From Candidatus Cloacimonadota bacterium (GTDB lineage: Bacteria > Cloacimonadota > Cloacimonadia > Cloacimonadales > Cloacimonadaceae), in the NCBI GenBank assembly GCA_012522935.1, contig JAAYJN010000037.1:886-64885 (forward strand): a stretch of 64,000 nucleotides of DNA, given 5' to 3'. Shown one piece after another: positions 9,867 through 18,911 of this stretch. The position numbers were made by a program, and so were the translations under genes. Positions within the stretch are counted from its first letter, which is position 1; each line of letters opens with the position of its first letter. The notes under the pieces were generated by a model, which saw nothing but the letters and a program-made list of their open reading frames with translations, did not search any database and was not told the DNA's origin.

Positions 9867-10612
9867 AAGGAGCCTCCATTGATAATTATTTCTTGCCCTG
9901 TGAGGTTTTCCAAGGCATCACTAATCAATAATACACTCATCTCCGCCAGTTCCTGCACACTGATTAGTTTGTGCGTGGGAGATTTGGCAATGTAAGCCTC
10001 AAAATACCTCTCTCTAAACTCCAGATACTCCCCTTCATAATCGGATGCCAGATCAGTGGCTATCGGTCCCGGAGAGATGCAATTGATGAGGATATCATGG
10101 GCGGCATTCTCCAGGGCGGCGCTTTTTACCAGATTCACGATTGCGGCCTTGGCTGCGGCATAAGCAGCACCATTTGCCAAGCCTGTTGCAGTAACCACCG
10201 AGCCGTATAATACATATCTGCCAAAGCCAGCCTTGCGGGAATGGGGCAGCAGGGTGCGCAGGACATTCAAGGCAGCCATTATATTTGTATTTAAGGTGTG
10301 GGAAAACACTTTGGGATCACACTCCGCAACGCTCGTGGCATCGCTGGAACGCACAGCCGCTGTATGGATCAGCCGTGTGGGGAGGCAGCCAAAATAATCG
10401 TTTGCCTCTTGGATGCAGGCAGCCAGGGCGTTTATATCCATCAAGTTGCATTGTTTTAGCAGGCGATCGGGCGCATTATCCAAGCCTTGCAGCCTATCCT
10501 GTCGCTGGTGATATAAAAGCAGCTGTGGGTACTTGGCAAGCTGCGGAAAGTGTGCCAAGTAAGAGCCTACTTGCCCATTGGCGCCGGTGATAACGAGGTA
10601 ACCTTGTTTCAT
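9863..10612 (-). CDS. SDR-family oxidoreductase
   Basis: Rossmann motif ITGANGQVG and catalytic YAAAK (YxxxK) are present. Confidence 0.8.
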   Translation of the reverse strand: MKQGYLVITGANGQVGSYLAHFPQLAKYPQLLLYHQRQDRLQGLDNAPDRLLKQCNLMDINALAACIQEANDYFGCLPTRLIHTAAVRSSDATSVAECDPKVFSHTLNTNIMAALNVLRTLLPHSRKAGFGRYVLYGSVVTATGLANGAAYAAAKAAIVNLVKSAALENAAHDILINCISPGPIATDLASDYEGEYLEFRERYFEAYIAKSPTHKLISVQELAEMSVLLISDALENLTGQEIIINGGSL

Positions 10613-11781
10613 AACGCTTTGATATTATCTATGATAGCATGTGCTACTTGATGTTTTGCACCAGATAGCATGGTGTAATCATCTTCACTGTTGTCTGATG
10701 AGCGTATTAGGGTAATCTCTGTATCATCAGCTCCAGCGGTGCTCAGCAGGTTGGCACAGATCATATCCAGGTTCTTCTTTTCCAGCTTGGCTCTGGCTTT
10801 TGCTATCAGGTCGTGGCTTTGAGCGGCAAAGCCAATCAGCTTTTGATCTTTACCTTTGATAGAGCCCAAACGCATCAGGATATCTGGTGTGGGAACAAGC
10901 TCCAGGGTTAGTTTATCACCTTTTTCCAGCTTCTGTGTATGCTTTTGCGCCGGTGTATAATCGGATACAGCAGCAGTTTTGATGATCCAATCCATCTTTT
11001 GGCTTCTCTCTACTACCTCTTCCAACATGGAATGTACATCCGGGGTAAAGACGGTCTCGTGCAGGTAGTAAGGTGGGGCAAGGCTCATCCTGCCATGTAC
11101 CAGAGTTACTTGTGCGCCTCGCAATGCCAGCGCTCTGCTGATGGCAAGCCCCATCTTTCCGGTGGAAGCATTGGTGATATTGCGCATGGGATCGATAGCC
11201 TCTTCCGTGGCACCGGCAGTAACCAATACCTTGATTCCCTCCAGATCGCGTCCATGTTGCAAATAGCAATCAACGGCAGCCAGCACTTCTTCATTGGGAG
11301 GGTATTTGCCCTTGCCCTCATAACCGCATGCCAAAAGGCCTGTCACTGGCTCCAAGAGATAATCTCCCCGTTCTTTGAGGATGGCAAGATTGCTCTGGGT
11401 GGCAGGGTTTTGATACATATTCACGTTCATCGCCGGGATCCAGAGTTTGGGCTTGGTATGAGCCAAGAGAGTGGTGGAACAAAGGTCGTCTGCCATCCCA
11501 TGCACCGCCTTGGCAATGATATTGGCTGTGGCTGGTGCAATCACCACCAAATCTGCCCAATCTGCAAGGGTGATATGCGGGATGGGATCGGCATCCTCAA
11601 AATTGCTGGTATGCACGCTTTCGCCGGTAATGGCACTGAAATTGATGGGTTGCACAAATTCGCAGGCATTAGCCGTGAGAATGGTGCGCACCCGGTGCCC
11701 TGCTTTCTTCAGCTGGCTTGCCAAATCTATGGCTTTATAGGCGGCGATACCACCGCTTACAAATAGTAGTATATTACTCAT
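10609..11781 (-). CDS. coaBC: Bifunctional phosphopantothenoylcysteine decarboxylase / phosphopantothenate-cysteine ligase
   Basis: Flavoprotein N-terminus ILLFVSGGIAAYKAIDL plus a C-terminal DFP/CoaB domain, in 390 aa. Confidence 0.92.
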   Translation of the reverse strand: MSNILLFVSGGIAAYKAIDLASQLKKAGHRVRTILTANACEFVQPINFSAITGESVHTSNFEDADPIPHITLADWADLVVIAPATANIIAKAVHGMADDLCSTTLLAHTKPKLWIPAMNVNMYQNPATQSNLAILKERGDYLLEPVTGLLACGYEGKGKYPPNEEVLAAVDCYLQHGRDLEGIKVLVTAGATEEAIDPMRNITNASTGKMGLAISRALALRGAQVTLVHGRMSLAPPYYLHETVFTPDVHSMLEEVVERSQKMDWIIKTAAVSDYTPAQKHTQKLEKGDKLTLELVPTPDILMRLGSIKGKDQKLIGFAAQSHDLIAKARAKLEKKNLDMICANLLSTAGADDTEITLIRSSDNSEDDYTMLSGAKHQVAHAIIDNIKAL

Positions 11782-11851
11782 AACTCCTCTTTTTAAACTA
11801 TCTTACAAACAAGTAAAATACGCATATTATGTCAATCACAAAGTAGAGAGC

Positions 11852-14050
11852 TCATTTCTCATCCTTACCACGGGATAAAAGAACACAAGCAGAGCCATTT
11901 CCCAGAATAATCTTATCATCCAGCAATGTGGCATCATTGTGGGTAAAGAGAAGCTTCATGGATGCAGGAGTGTTGAAGACATATTCTTTGCCAGATAGAT
12001 TCAGCCACACCTCAATCTGAGATTCTTTATCATAACGGGAGAAAGCAAGCACATCAGACGGTGCGTCCTTCCAGGCAAATTCACCATCCTGCAACAGGGG
12101 ATAACACTTCCTCAGCCTGATAAGCTGGATGAGGAAATCCCGGTGCAAAACTGCCTCCTCATCATCAGCCCATTTCCAGTTGAAAGGCCTGCGGTTATCC
12201 GGATCTGATGCACCCTGCATCAGGATTTCATCACCATAATATATGTGCGGGGTTCCGATAAAACACATCTGAAAGACAAGTGCCAAACGCAGCCTATTCC
12301 AGCTATCCTGTGCAAGAGTGGCGATGCGATGGGTATCATGACTGCCCAGCAGGTTCATCATCGCTTTGGTGGCATGTGCCGGATATCGCGCCAATCCTTG
12401 AGCGATGCGCTCTTTGAACTGGGCATCATCGATAAGCTGCAGGATAAAATACTCCAAGACAGGATCTTTGAAAGAAGCATAATTCATCACAGAATCAAAG
12501 TAGCGGCCATCCACCCAGCCCTCTGCGTTATGCCAGATTTCTCCAACCAGCCAGGCATCCGGCTTGATTTGCTTTACATGATGTCTGAAAAGCTGCCAAA
12601 ACCAATATGGCACTTCATCCGGTACATCCAGCCTAAAGCCGTCTATGCCGATATCCACCAGCCACCATCTCACGCTATCCAGGATATAATCCACCAAGCT
12701 CTGATTTACCACGGCTTTGCGAATGTCACGCACATAATTTTCCGCGGGATGGCTGCGGCTGAGGTCAAAATTGAGATCGGGCATATCCTTGATGCCCCAC
12801 CAGCACTGATAATACGCTTTGGGATCAAAATCATGCGGCAAGGGCTTGGGTAGCGGCCACTTGTGCCAATCATACCAATTCCACCAGGGAGAATCCGGCC
12901 CATTTTGAACGCAATCCACAAAAGCCCAAAAAGCCTCTCCTGTATGATTGAAAGCCACATCCACTATAATCTTCATCCCACGCTGATGGGCTTTATCACA
13001 CAACTCCTTCATCAGCCTCTCATCACCAAAATGGGGATCAATGCTCTTATAATCCGCAGCATCATATTTATGATTGGATTTGGCCTGCCACAGCGGATTG
13101 AAATAAAGGATATTCACGCCCAATTCACTTAGGTAATCCAATTTGGAGATTATCCCCGGCAGATCCCCTCCATAAAAACTCCACCAATCCGGCGTTCCCT
13201 CTCCTTGCCAGGGGCTTTGCCTTAACCCGGCAGTGTCATACCAATCATCCACAAAGTGAAAGTATTCCACATTCTTGGGCAACACCTGCCCAGATGGGGG
13301 AGGGGTATTGCTATCCCGGTAATACCACTCTGTAAAATCAGGATTTAAGGAAGCATCGCCGTTACAGAACCTTTCGGGAAATATCTGATAGATAATACCT
13401 TCCTGAACCCAGCCAGGAACAGCAAAGACGGGCAGACGACTTGCCTGGATAGTAATTGCAGCCAAATCCTGCAGATCCTTCACAAAACCATGTGCCCCAT
13501 AAAACAGCTCTTTATCACGATGCCTAAAGCGCAGCGCCACCTGGAAGCTATCCCCAGTATGCTGGAAGATACAGTGATACACCTCTTTATTATCGGTTAC
13601 ACCCAGTTTAAAGCACTCATGATAGGCTTCATCCAGTAGCAGATGCACCTCACAATCAATGCCCGGATACCAATCTATGCGCAGCTCAAAGCTATCATCC
13701 CCAGTTTTAATGATCTCAAAATAACGCCCCAAACGTTGTGCCAAAAGAGAGGTATCATGATATATCTGCTGCCAGGATAGAGGCTGGGCTTGCGAGGTTT
13801 CTACTACTAAAATAGAGTTTTCCCCGCCAAAAGGATCGGGCTCCTTCAGGGGATTGGCAGGATCTGCCATCCACACTCCATCCACGATGAATTTATATCG
13901 ATAATGCCCGGCTTCCAAGGGCAGGATGATGGCATACAAACCGCCAAAATCCTGCAAATCCAGAATATCCCAAGAGCTAAAATCCCCGGCAATGCCCACT
14001 TCATGCCTGCCGGCTGTGGGTGCTTGATAGGTAAACCTGATATTGGGCAT
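11852..14050 (-). CDS. GH13 alpha-amylase-family enzyme with N-terminal CBM48/E-set domain (neopullulanase/cyclomaltodextrinase-like)
   Basis: GH13 regions I-IV are present: DVAFNHTG, DGFRLDVPDEV, GEIWH and LLGSHDTHR. The N-terminal GRHEVGIAGDFSSWD is CBM48-like. Confidence 0.88.
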   Translation of the reverse strand: MPNIRFTYQAPTAGRHEVGIAGDFSSWDILDLQDFGGLYAIILPLEAGHYRYKFIVDGVWMADPANPLKEPDPFGGENSILVVETSQAQPLSWQQIYHDTSLLAQRLGRYFEIIKTGDDSFELRIDWYPGIDCEVHLLLDEAYHECFKLGVTDNKEVYHCIFQHTGDSFQVALRFRHRDKELFYGAHGFVKDLQDLAAITIQASRLPVFAVPGWVQEGIIYQIFPERFCNGDASLNPDFTEWYYRDSNTPPPSGQVLPKNVEYFHFVDDWYDTAGLRQSPWQGEGTPDWWSFYGGDLPGIISKLDYLSELGVNILYFNPLWQAKSNHKYDAADYKSIDPHFGDERLMKELCDKAHQRGMKIIVDVAFNHTGEAFWAFVDCVQNGPDSPWWNWYDWHKWPLPKPLPHDFDPKAYYQCWWGIKDMPDLNFDLSRSHPAENYVRDIRKAVVNQSLVDYILDSVRWWLVDIGIDGFRLDVPDEVPYWFWQLFRHHVKQIKPDAWLVGEIWHNAEGWVDGRYFDSVMNYASFKDPVLEYFILQLIDDAQFKERIAQGLARYPAHATKAMMNLLGSHDTHRIATLAQDSWNRLRLALVFQMCFIGTPHIYYGDEILMQGASDPDNRRPFNWKWADDEEAVLHRDFLIQLIRLRKCYPLLQDGEFAWKDAPSDVLAFSRYDKESQIEVWLNLSGKEYVFNTPASMKLLFTHNDATLLDDKIILGNGSACVLLSRGKDEK

Positions 14051-14055
14051 AGGTT

Positions 14056-16959
14056 CTATTTGCTGGCTGCTTTCTTGGGCTTGATGCCGGATACCAGCAT
14101 CTTTTCATCTTTATCTTTACAGTTTGGATTTTGCCGCTGCAAGAGCTCCTTCAGATAGGTTCCGGTAAATGATTTTGTGCTTTTGGCAATCGCCTCCGGA
14201 GTGCCGGCTTTGATTACCTTGCCACCGCCATCACCGCCATCAGGGCCCATATCTATCACCCAATCTGCAGATTTGATTACATCCAGATTATGCTCTATCA
14301 CCACCACGGTATTTCCCAGTGCCACCAGCTTTTGCAATACCTTTAGCAGCTTGTTGATATCATCAAAATGCAGACCGGTGGTGGGCTCATCCAACAAGTA
14401 CAGCGTATTGCCAGTATTGGCCTTGCTTAGCTCGCGCGATAGCTTGATGCGTTGTGCCTCGCCTCCGGAGAGAGTGGTGGAGGGCTGTCCCAGCTTGATA
14501 TAATCCAAGCCCACCTGTTTCAGGAGCCCCAGCTTTTGTTTCAGCGTGGGGATGTTTTCAAAGAAATCATACGCCTCCTGCACGTCCATATCCAATATAT
14601 CGGCAATATTCCGCCCTTTATAGCGCACAGCCAGCGTTTCTTTATTATAGCGCTTGCCCTTGCACACTTCGCAGGTCACATAGATATCTGCCATAAAGTG
14701 CATCTCAATCTGCTTCACACCCGCTCCTTCGCAGGCCTCACAGCGTCCGCCACGTACGTTGAAGGAAAAGCGTCCCGGCTTATAGCCCTTCATCTTGGAA
14801 GCAGGCAATTCGGCAAACAGAGTGCGGATGGGATCAAATAGCTTCACATAGGTGCTGGGATTGGAGCGTGGCGTTCTGCCGATGGGCTGTTGATCGATGG
14901 TGATCACCTTATCGATATGTTCCATCCCTTCGATGGCACGATGCGCCCCCACCTTATGGCTGCTGCGGTAAAAGTGGTTTTGCAGATACGGAGCCAGAGT
15001 TTGATTGATCAAAGAGCTCTTGCCGCTGCCGGAAACCCCGGTCACACATACAAAGAGCCCAATGGGGATATTTACGTTGATATTCTTGAGGTTATTATGC
15101 TTTGCGCCTTTGATGGCGATAACTCGCTTATCCGGCTTCACGCGGCGAGGTGGGATGGGAATGCACAGCCTGCCATCAATATAAGCCCCCGTCAAAGATA
15201 GGGGAGTGGAGATAATCTTTTTGAGGCTGCCCACAGCTACAATCTCACCTCCGCTCACTCCGGCGCGGGGTCCAAAATCCACTATCACATCAGCGGCTCG
15301 GATGGTATTTTCGTCATGTTCCACCACGATTACGGTATTGCCCAAATCCCGCAAGCGCAACAGCATTTCCACCAAGCGGGAGTTATCCCTTTGATGCAGC
15401 CCAATGGATGGCTCATCCAGAATATACATCACGCCCACCAGTTGAGAGCCAATTTGGCTGGCCAGACGAATGCGCTGGCTTTCTCCTCCAGAGAGCGTGG
15501 GAGAGCGTCTATCCAAGCTGAGGTAATGCAAGCCCACGCTTTCCAGAAAGCCCAGTCTGGCTTGGATTTCCTTCAAAACCTCTGCTGCTATCAGCTTTTG
15601 ATTGCCTTCCAATTTCACTTCTTTAAAAAAGCCAAGGGCCATGCGCACATCCATAGCCGTCACTTCGCCGATATTCTTACCAGCCACATATACAGCCAGT
15701 GAGGCTGGCTTCAGCTTCAATCCTCCACATTCATCACAGGGTTTATCGCTGATATACTGCATATAATAGCGCTGCATCTCTTCGGAACTGGTTTGATGCA
15801 TCCTGCGCTTCAATTGAGGTATCACGCCTTCATAGCGCATCATATATTCACGGGATCCGGCTGCCGATTTCCAAGCCACCTTCACCCTCTTTCCCTTGGA
15901 GCCAGAAAGGATAAGTTCCCTCACCTTTTCGGGCAGGTCTTTCCAGGGTTTATCCAACGAAAATCCGTATGCAGTGGCAAGGTTTTGCACCGTGGTCATA
16001 GTCCAGCCGTCTTTCTTTTCTTCCAGCCTGCCCCAGGGTGCCACAGCGCCATCCATGATGCTGCGTGAGGGATCCGGCACCACCAGTTCGGGATCAAATT
16101 CCAGCTTGTAGCCCAATCCGTTACAGGCAACGCAGGATCCCACTGGGCTATTAAAAGAAAAGTGCTGCGGGCTCAGCTCTTCAAAACCGATATTGCAGCG
16201 GGGACAGGCGTTTTGAGCGGAGAGAGTCTGCTCTTCCTTGGTATCAGGAAATTGCAGCTTTACAAAGCCTTCTGTGATGCGCAGTGCCAGCTCCAGAGAA
16301 TCTGCCAGACGGGATTGTACGCCTTCTTTGATCACGATCCTATCAATCACCACGTCTATGGTGTGCTTGCTCTTTTTATCCAGGACGATATTCTCTTCCA
16401 GCTCCCGCTGCACGCCATTGATCAGCACACGCACAAAGCCCTGCATACGCAGGTTTTGAAGCTCATCCTTGTGCTCTCCCTTACGGTTTTGCACCAAAGG
16501 CGAGAGGATCTGCAGCTTGGTGCCTTCGGGGTAGCTCATCAGATGTTCCACCATCTGATCCACCGTCTGCGAGCCCACTTTATCTCCACAAATAGGGCAA
16601 TGCTGTTCCCCAATCCTGGCATAAAGCACGCGCAAATAGTCGTAAATCTCCGTCACAGTGCCCACGGTGGAACGCGGGTTTTTGCTGGCAGCTTTTTGCT
16701 CTATGGAAATGGCAGGGGATAGCCCTTCTATATAATCCACCTTGGGTTTATCCATCTGACCCAAAAACTGGCGGGCATAGGCGGAAAGGGATTCCACATA
16801 GCGGCGTTGACCCTCCGCATAAAGGGTATCAAATGCCAGGGATGATTTGCCAGAGCCGCTTACACCGGTGAAAACAATCAGTTTATTGCGGGGAATCTCC
16901 AGATTTATATTCTTTAGGTTATGCTCGGAAGCACCTTTGATGATGATCTTGGTTTTCAA
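14056..16959 (-). CDS. uvrA: Excinuclease ABC subunit A
   Basis: Two ABC ATPase modules (GVSGSGKSSL twice, LSGGE.QR twice) and zinc-finger cysteines, in 967 aa. TTG start after GAGG. Confidence 0.97.
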   Translation of the reverse strand: MKTKIIIKGASEHNLKNINLEIPRNKLIVFTGVSGSGKSSLAFDTLYAEGQRRYVESLSAYARQFLGQMDKPKVDYIEGLSPAISIEQKAASKNPRSTVGTVTEIYDYLRVLYARIGEQHCPICGDKVGSQTVDQMVEHLMSYPEGTKLQILSPLVQNRKGEHKDELQNLRMQGFVRVLINGVQRELEENIVLDKKSKHTIDVVIDRIVIKEGVQSRLADSLELALRITEGFVKLQFPDTKEEQTLSAQNACPRCNIGFEELSPQHFSFNSPVGSCVACNGLGYKLEFDPELVVPDPSRSIMDGAVAPWGRLEEKKDGWTMTTVQNLATAYGFSLDKPWKDLPEKVRELILSGSKGKRVKVAWKSAAGSREYMMRYEGVIPQLKRRMHQTSSEEMQRYYMQYISDKPCDECGGLKLKPASLAVYVAGKNIGEVTAMDVRMALGFFKEVKLEGNQKLIAAEVLKEIQARLGFLESVGLHYLSLDRRSPTLSGGESQRIRLASQIGSQLVGVMYILDEPSIGLHQRDNSRLVEMLLRLRDLGNTVIVVEHDENTIRAADVIVDFGPRAGVSGGEIVAVGSLKKIISTPLSLTGAYIDGRLCIPIPPRRVKPDKRVIAIKGAKHNNLKNINVNIPIGLFVCVTGVSGSGKSSLINQTLAPYLQNHFYRSSHKVGAHRAIEGMEHIDKVITIDQQPIGRTPRSNPSTYVKLFDPIRTLFAELPASKMKGYKPGRFSFNVRGGRCEACEGAGVKQIEMHFMADIYVTCEVCKGKRYNKETLAVRYKGRNIADILDMDVQEAYDFFENIPTLKQKLGLLKQVGLDYIKLGQPSTTLSGGEAQRIKLSRELSKANTGNTLYLLDEPTTGLHFDDINKLLKVLQKLVALGNTVVVIEHNLDVIKSADWVIDMGPDGGDGGGKVIKAGTPEAIAKSTKSFTGTYLKELLQRQNPNCKDKDEKMLVSGIKPKKAASK

Positions 16960-17061
16960 TGTTTATTTACCTCTATGTATGAACCAAAAATAGGGGAGGG
17001 ATGTGTTGTCAACTTAAAAAAAGACGCAGTTATCAGCAACATCAAATAAGAGTATATTGCC

Positions 17062-17106
17062 CATAAAATAGAAATGACCGCATCCCGCAACGCAGTCTGA
17101 GGTCAT
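17062..17106 (-). terminator. Possible terminator downstream of ssrA
   Basis: ATGACC (17074-17079) pairs with GGTCAT (17101-17106) and is followed on the minus strand by TTTCTATTTT. The stem is only 6 bp and the loop is large (21 nt), so this is weak. Confidence 0.3.
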
Positions 17107-17122
17107 CTACAATCTATCAAAA

Positions 17123-17474
17123 TGGTGGAGGTGGCGGGGATCGAACCCGCGTCCAAAAAACCGGCAACAGGAGAATCTACATGCTTAGTCGTCTTTAAGT
17201 CTTAAACCAAGTGGCAGAGACGATCAGACCCACCAGGTTCCAGCTCATAATCTTAGGCAATGCCTATGAGCATTAGCATTGCAGCGTCCGCACTGTTACG
17301 ACGTCTGTTTCAAATCCGGCGGCCCGAAATGGACAGACGTTAGCAGCTTATGCTGCTAAGAGTAAGTTGTTGTTTGCAGTTAATTTTGCAATTTGCTACT
17401 TTTTGACGGAGTGGATAGCATCTCCGGCATGCATCTTTTGCATCCTGATTTCCTGTCGAAACCATGTCACCCCC
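17123..17474 (-). ncRNA. ssrA: tmRNA (transfer-messenger RNA)
   Basis: The minus strand reads 5' GGGGGUGACAUGGUUUCGACAGG ... GGACGCGGGUUCGAUCCCCGCCACCUCCACCA 3'. The acceptor stem GGGGGUG/CACCUCC contains a G3:U pair, and a T-arm and CCA end are present. The internal tag frame is GCA AAA UUA ACU GCA AAC AAC AAC UUA CUC UUA GCA GCA UAA (..ANNNLLLAA stop). Confidence 0.95.
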
Positions 17475-17741
17475 ATATATACTTGTGAAAGAACAGATTA
17501 AATTGGGATTAAAAACAGATGCCCTGTATTTTCTTAAGACAATTTATGCGGATGTGTTTGGATGTCAAGGAAAAACTGAATGATGCCCGCTGTGTGAGCC
17601 TTGAGATGGGCTTTTTTCCCACTAATTACTCTAATTAAACGAATTTTAATAATTGAAAATAGACTTGGCAGTAGCGAAGCCCCTGTTCACTGGCACCTGT
17701 TCACTGACACCTTGGCGCTCCGCGCCAGCTCGCCTCCCTTA

Positions 17742-17792
17742 TACCACCCTTGTCTCACCCTTGTGTAGACAAAGGAGAGACAAAGGAGGCTC
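17742..17792. repeat. Palindromic intergenic repeat, copy 2 (degenerate)
   Basis: Sequence is TACCACCCTTGTCTCACCCTTGTGTAGACAAAGGAGAGACAAAGGAGGCTC. The flanks (17682-17730 and 17793-17812) are also shared with other copies. It sits at the ssrA-side edge of the AT-rich island. Confidence 0.8.
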
Positions 17793-17896
17793 ATAGGGAA
17801 GAAGTGGCAGAATCATAGATCAATGAGCAGGATATTTACTGGTGGACTTCCTTATGATTACGATAAGACTAATTTATTATATCTATATAAAGCTTG

Positions 17897-18784
17897 TCAA
17901 TCCTCTGAAAGTGTATTATCCGCATCTTGTTCTCTCAAGACTCTAGACATAAGCTCTTTAAGAGGTTTTTCTGAGGCCCTGTAATTTTTATTATTCAAGA
18001 AAAAGGAGAATCTCTTATGGGGATCAAAATATTGGAACGGTACACTGTTTTTGTTTAAAAGATCCTTTAAAGATTCTACTAATTCCTCACACTGCCTGAC
18101 GCTGACTTCCATAAGGAAATTTGGATATTTTCTTTTATGAAATGAAATAACGTTCCTGCTATTATATGTAAGAGCAATGTAGGCTTTGACATAATTAGCC
18201 CTTATTTGTTTAAATTCTTCTGCCAAAGCATTCATTACTGTATTAGATCCTTGTAGAACCCACTCATAATTCTTACCCCAATACTCTTCATTAACAATTT
18301 CTTGTTCTTCCTGAATATCAGGTTCTTCATAGACATCTAATACTTTTACAAAATTCAAAAGATAATCCTTATTTACTTTAATCAGTTCAACCTGAATTGC
18401 AATCAAGGGGAAATTCATGCTTAATAGTTGGATCACATTATAAAACCTTCTTGTAATTACTTCTGCAATCAGGACTGCATAATGTTGTCTTTGGGGATAC
18501 CTTCTCCTTTCTATGTCCCAATATTCCAAAGTTCGAATAATGTGAGATGGATCTGTGCTGCCTAACATTACTTCCACCTCATACATGGCATTTTGATCCT
18601 GGTCGAAGAGCAACATATCAAACCTTCCTCCGCTCGATTGCTTTTTTTCTCTTTTTAGAGGCTGCAGATTATCGGACAATTGCAGCATTTCAGGGTTAGC
18701 AAAAATTTGTTCCTGTAACCAATTCTCGTTTAATCCAACTGATCTAATCAAGTGCTTTGAATATTTTGTCAATTTTACAGCCAT
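17897..18784 (-). CDS. Hypothetical protein with restriction-endonuclease-like (PD-(D/E)xK / NucS-like) N-terminal core
   Basis: 295-aa ORF. GGRFDMLLFDQDQNAMYEVEVMLG (D56, E69, E71) resembles the GRxDLL..D..G...v.E.K core of NucS-type nucleases, but M replaces the K. It is AT-rich and lies 127 nt downstream of the helicase gene. Confidence 0.45.
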   Translation of the reverse strand: MAVKLTKYSKHLIRSVGLNENWLQEQIFANPEMLQLSDNLQPLKREKKQSSGGRFDMLLFDQDQNAMYEVEVMLGSTDPSHIIRTLEYWDIERRRYPQRQHYAVLIAEVITRRFYNVIQLLSMNFPLIAIQVELIKVNKDYLLNFVKVLDVYEEPDIQEEQEIVNEEYWGKNYEWVLQGSNTVMNALAEEFKQIRANYVKAYIALTYNSRNVISFHKRKYPNFLMEVSVRQCEELVESLKDLLNKNSVPFQYFDPHKRFSFFLNNKNYRASEKPLKELMSRVLREQDADNTLSED

Positions 18785-18911
18785 TGTTATACCTCGTTTT
18801 ATTGTATTTTTTCATGTTTAATAATATGTGTTATTTGAGTCCCAAGGGTTGATGTAACATCAACTCATTATTTTAAGGCGTATAGGAAATTAACATATTT
18901 TTCTCAAGTTG

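Noticed and set aside
17123-17474. Interpretation of the island as a classic ssrA-integrated mobile element.
   Set aside because: Such elements insert into the 3' end of ssrA and duplicate it. Here the island lies on the 5' side, no duplicated 3' ssrA segment is visible, and there is no integrase.
17519-17638. A 39-codon ORF (MPCIFLRQFMRMCLDV..) in the ssrA-island spacer, followed by a weak GCCC..GGGC-TTTTTT hairpin.
   Set aside because: It has no RBS and a Cys/Phe-rich, improbable peptide. The hairpin stem is only 4 bp. It is probably non-coding.
17802-17813. Possible direct repeats flanking the island: AAGTGGCAGAAT (17802-17813) against AAGTGGAGAAT (24578-24588).
   Set aside because: The match is only about 11 nt and needs an indel. 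The left copy belongs to the conserved flank of the palindromic repeat family. This is too weak to call att sites.
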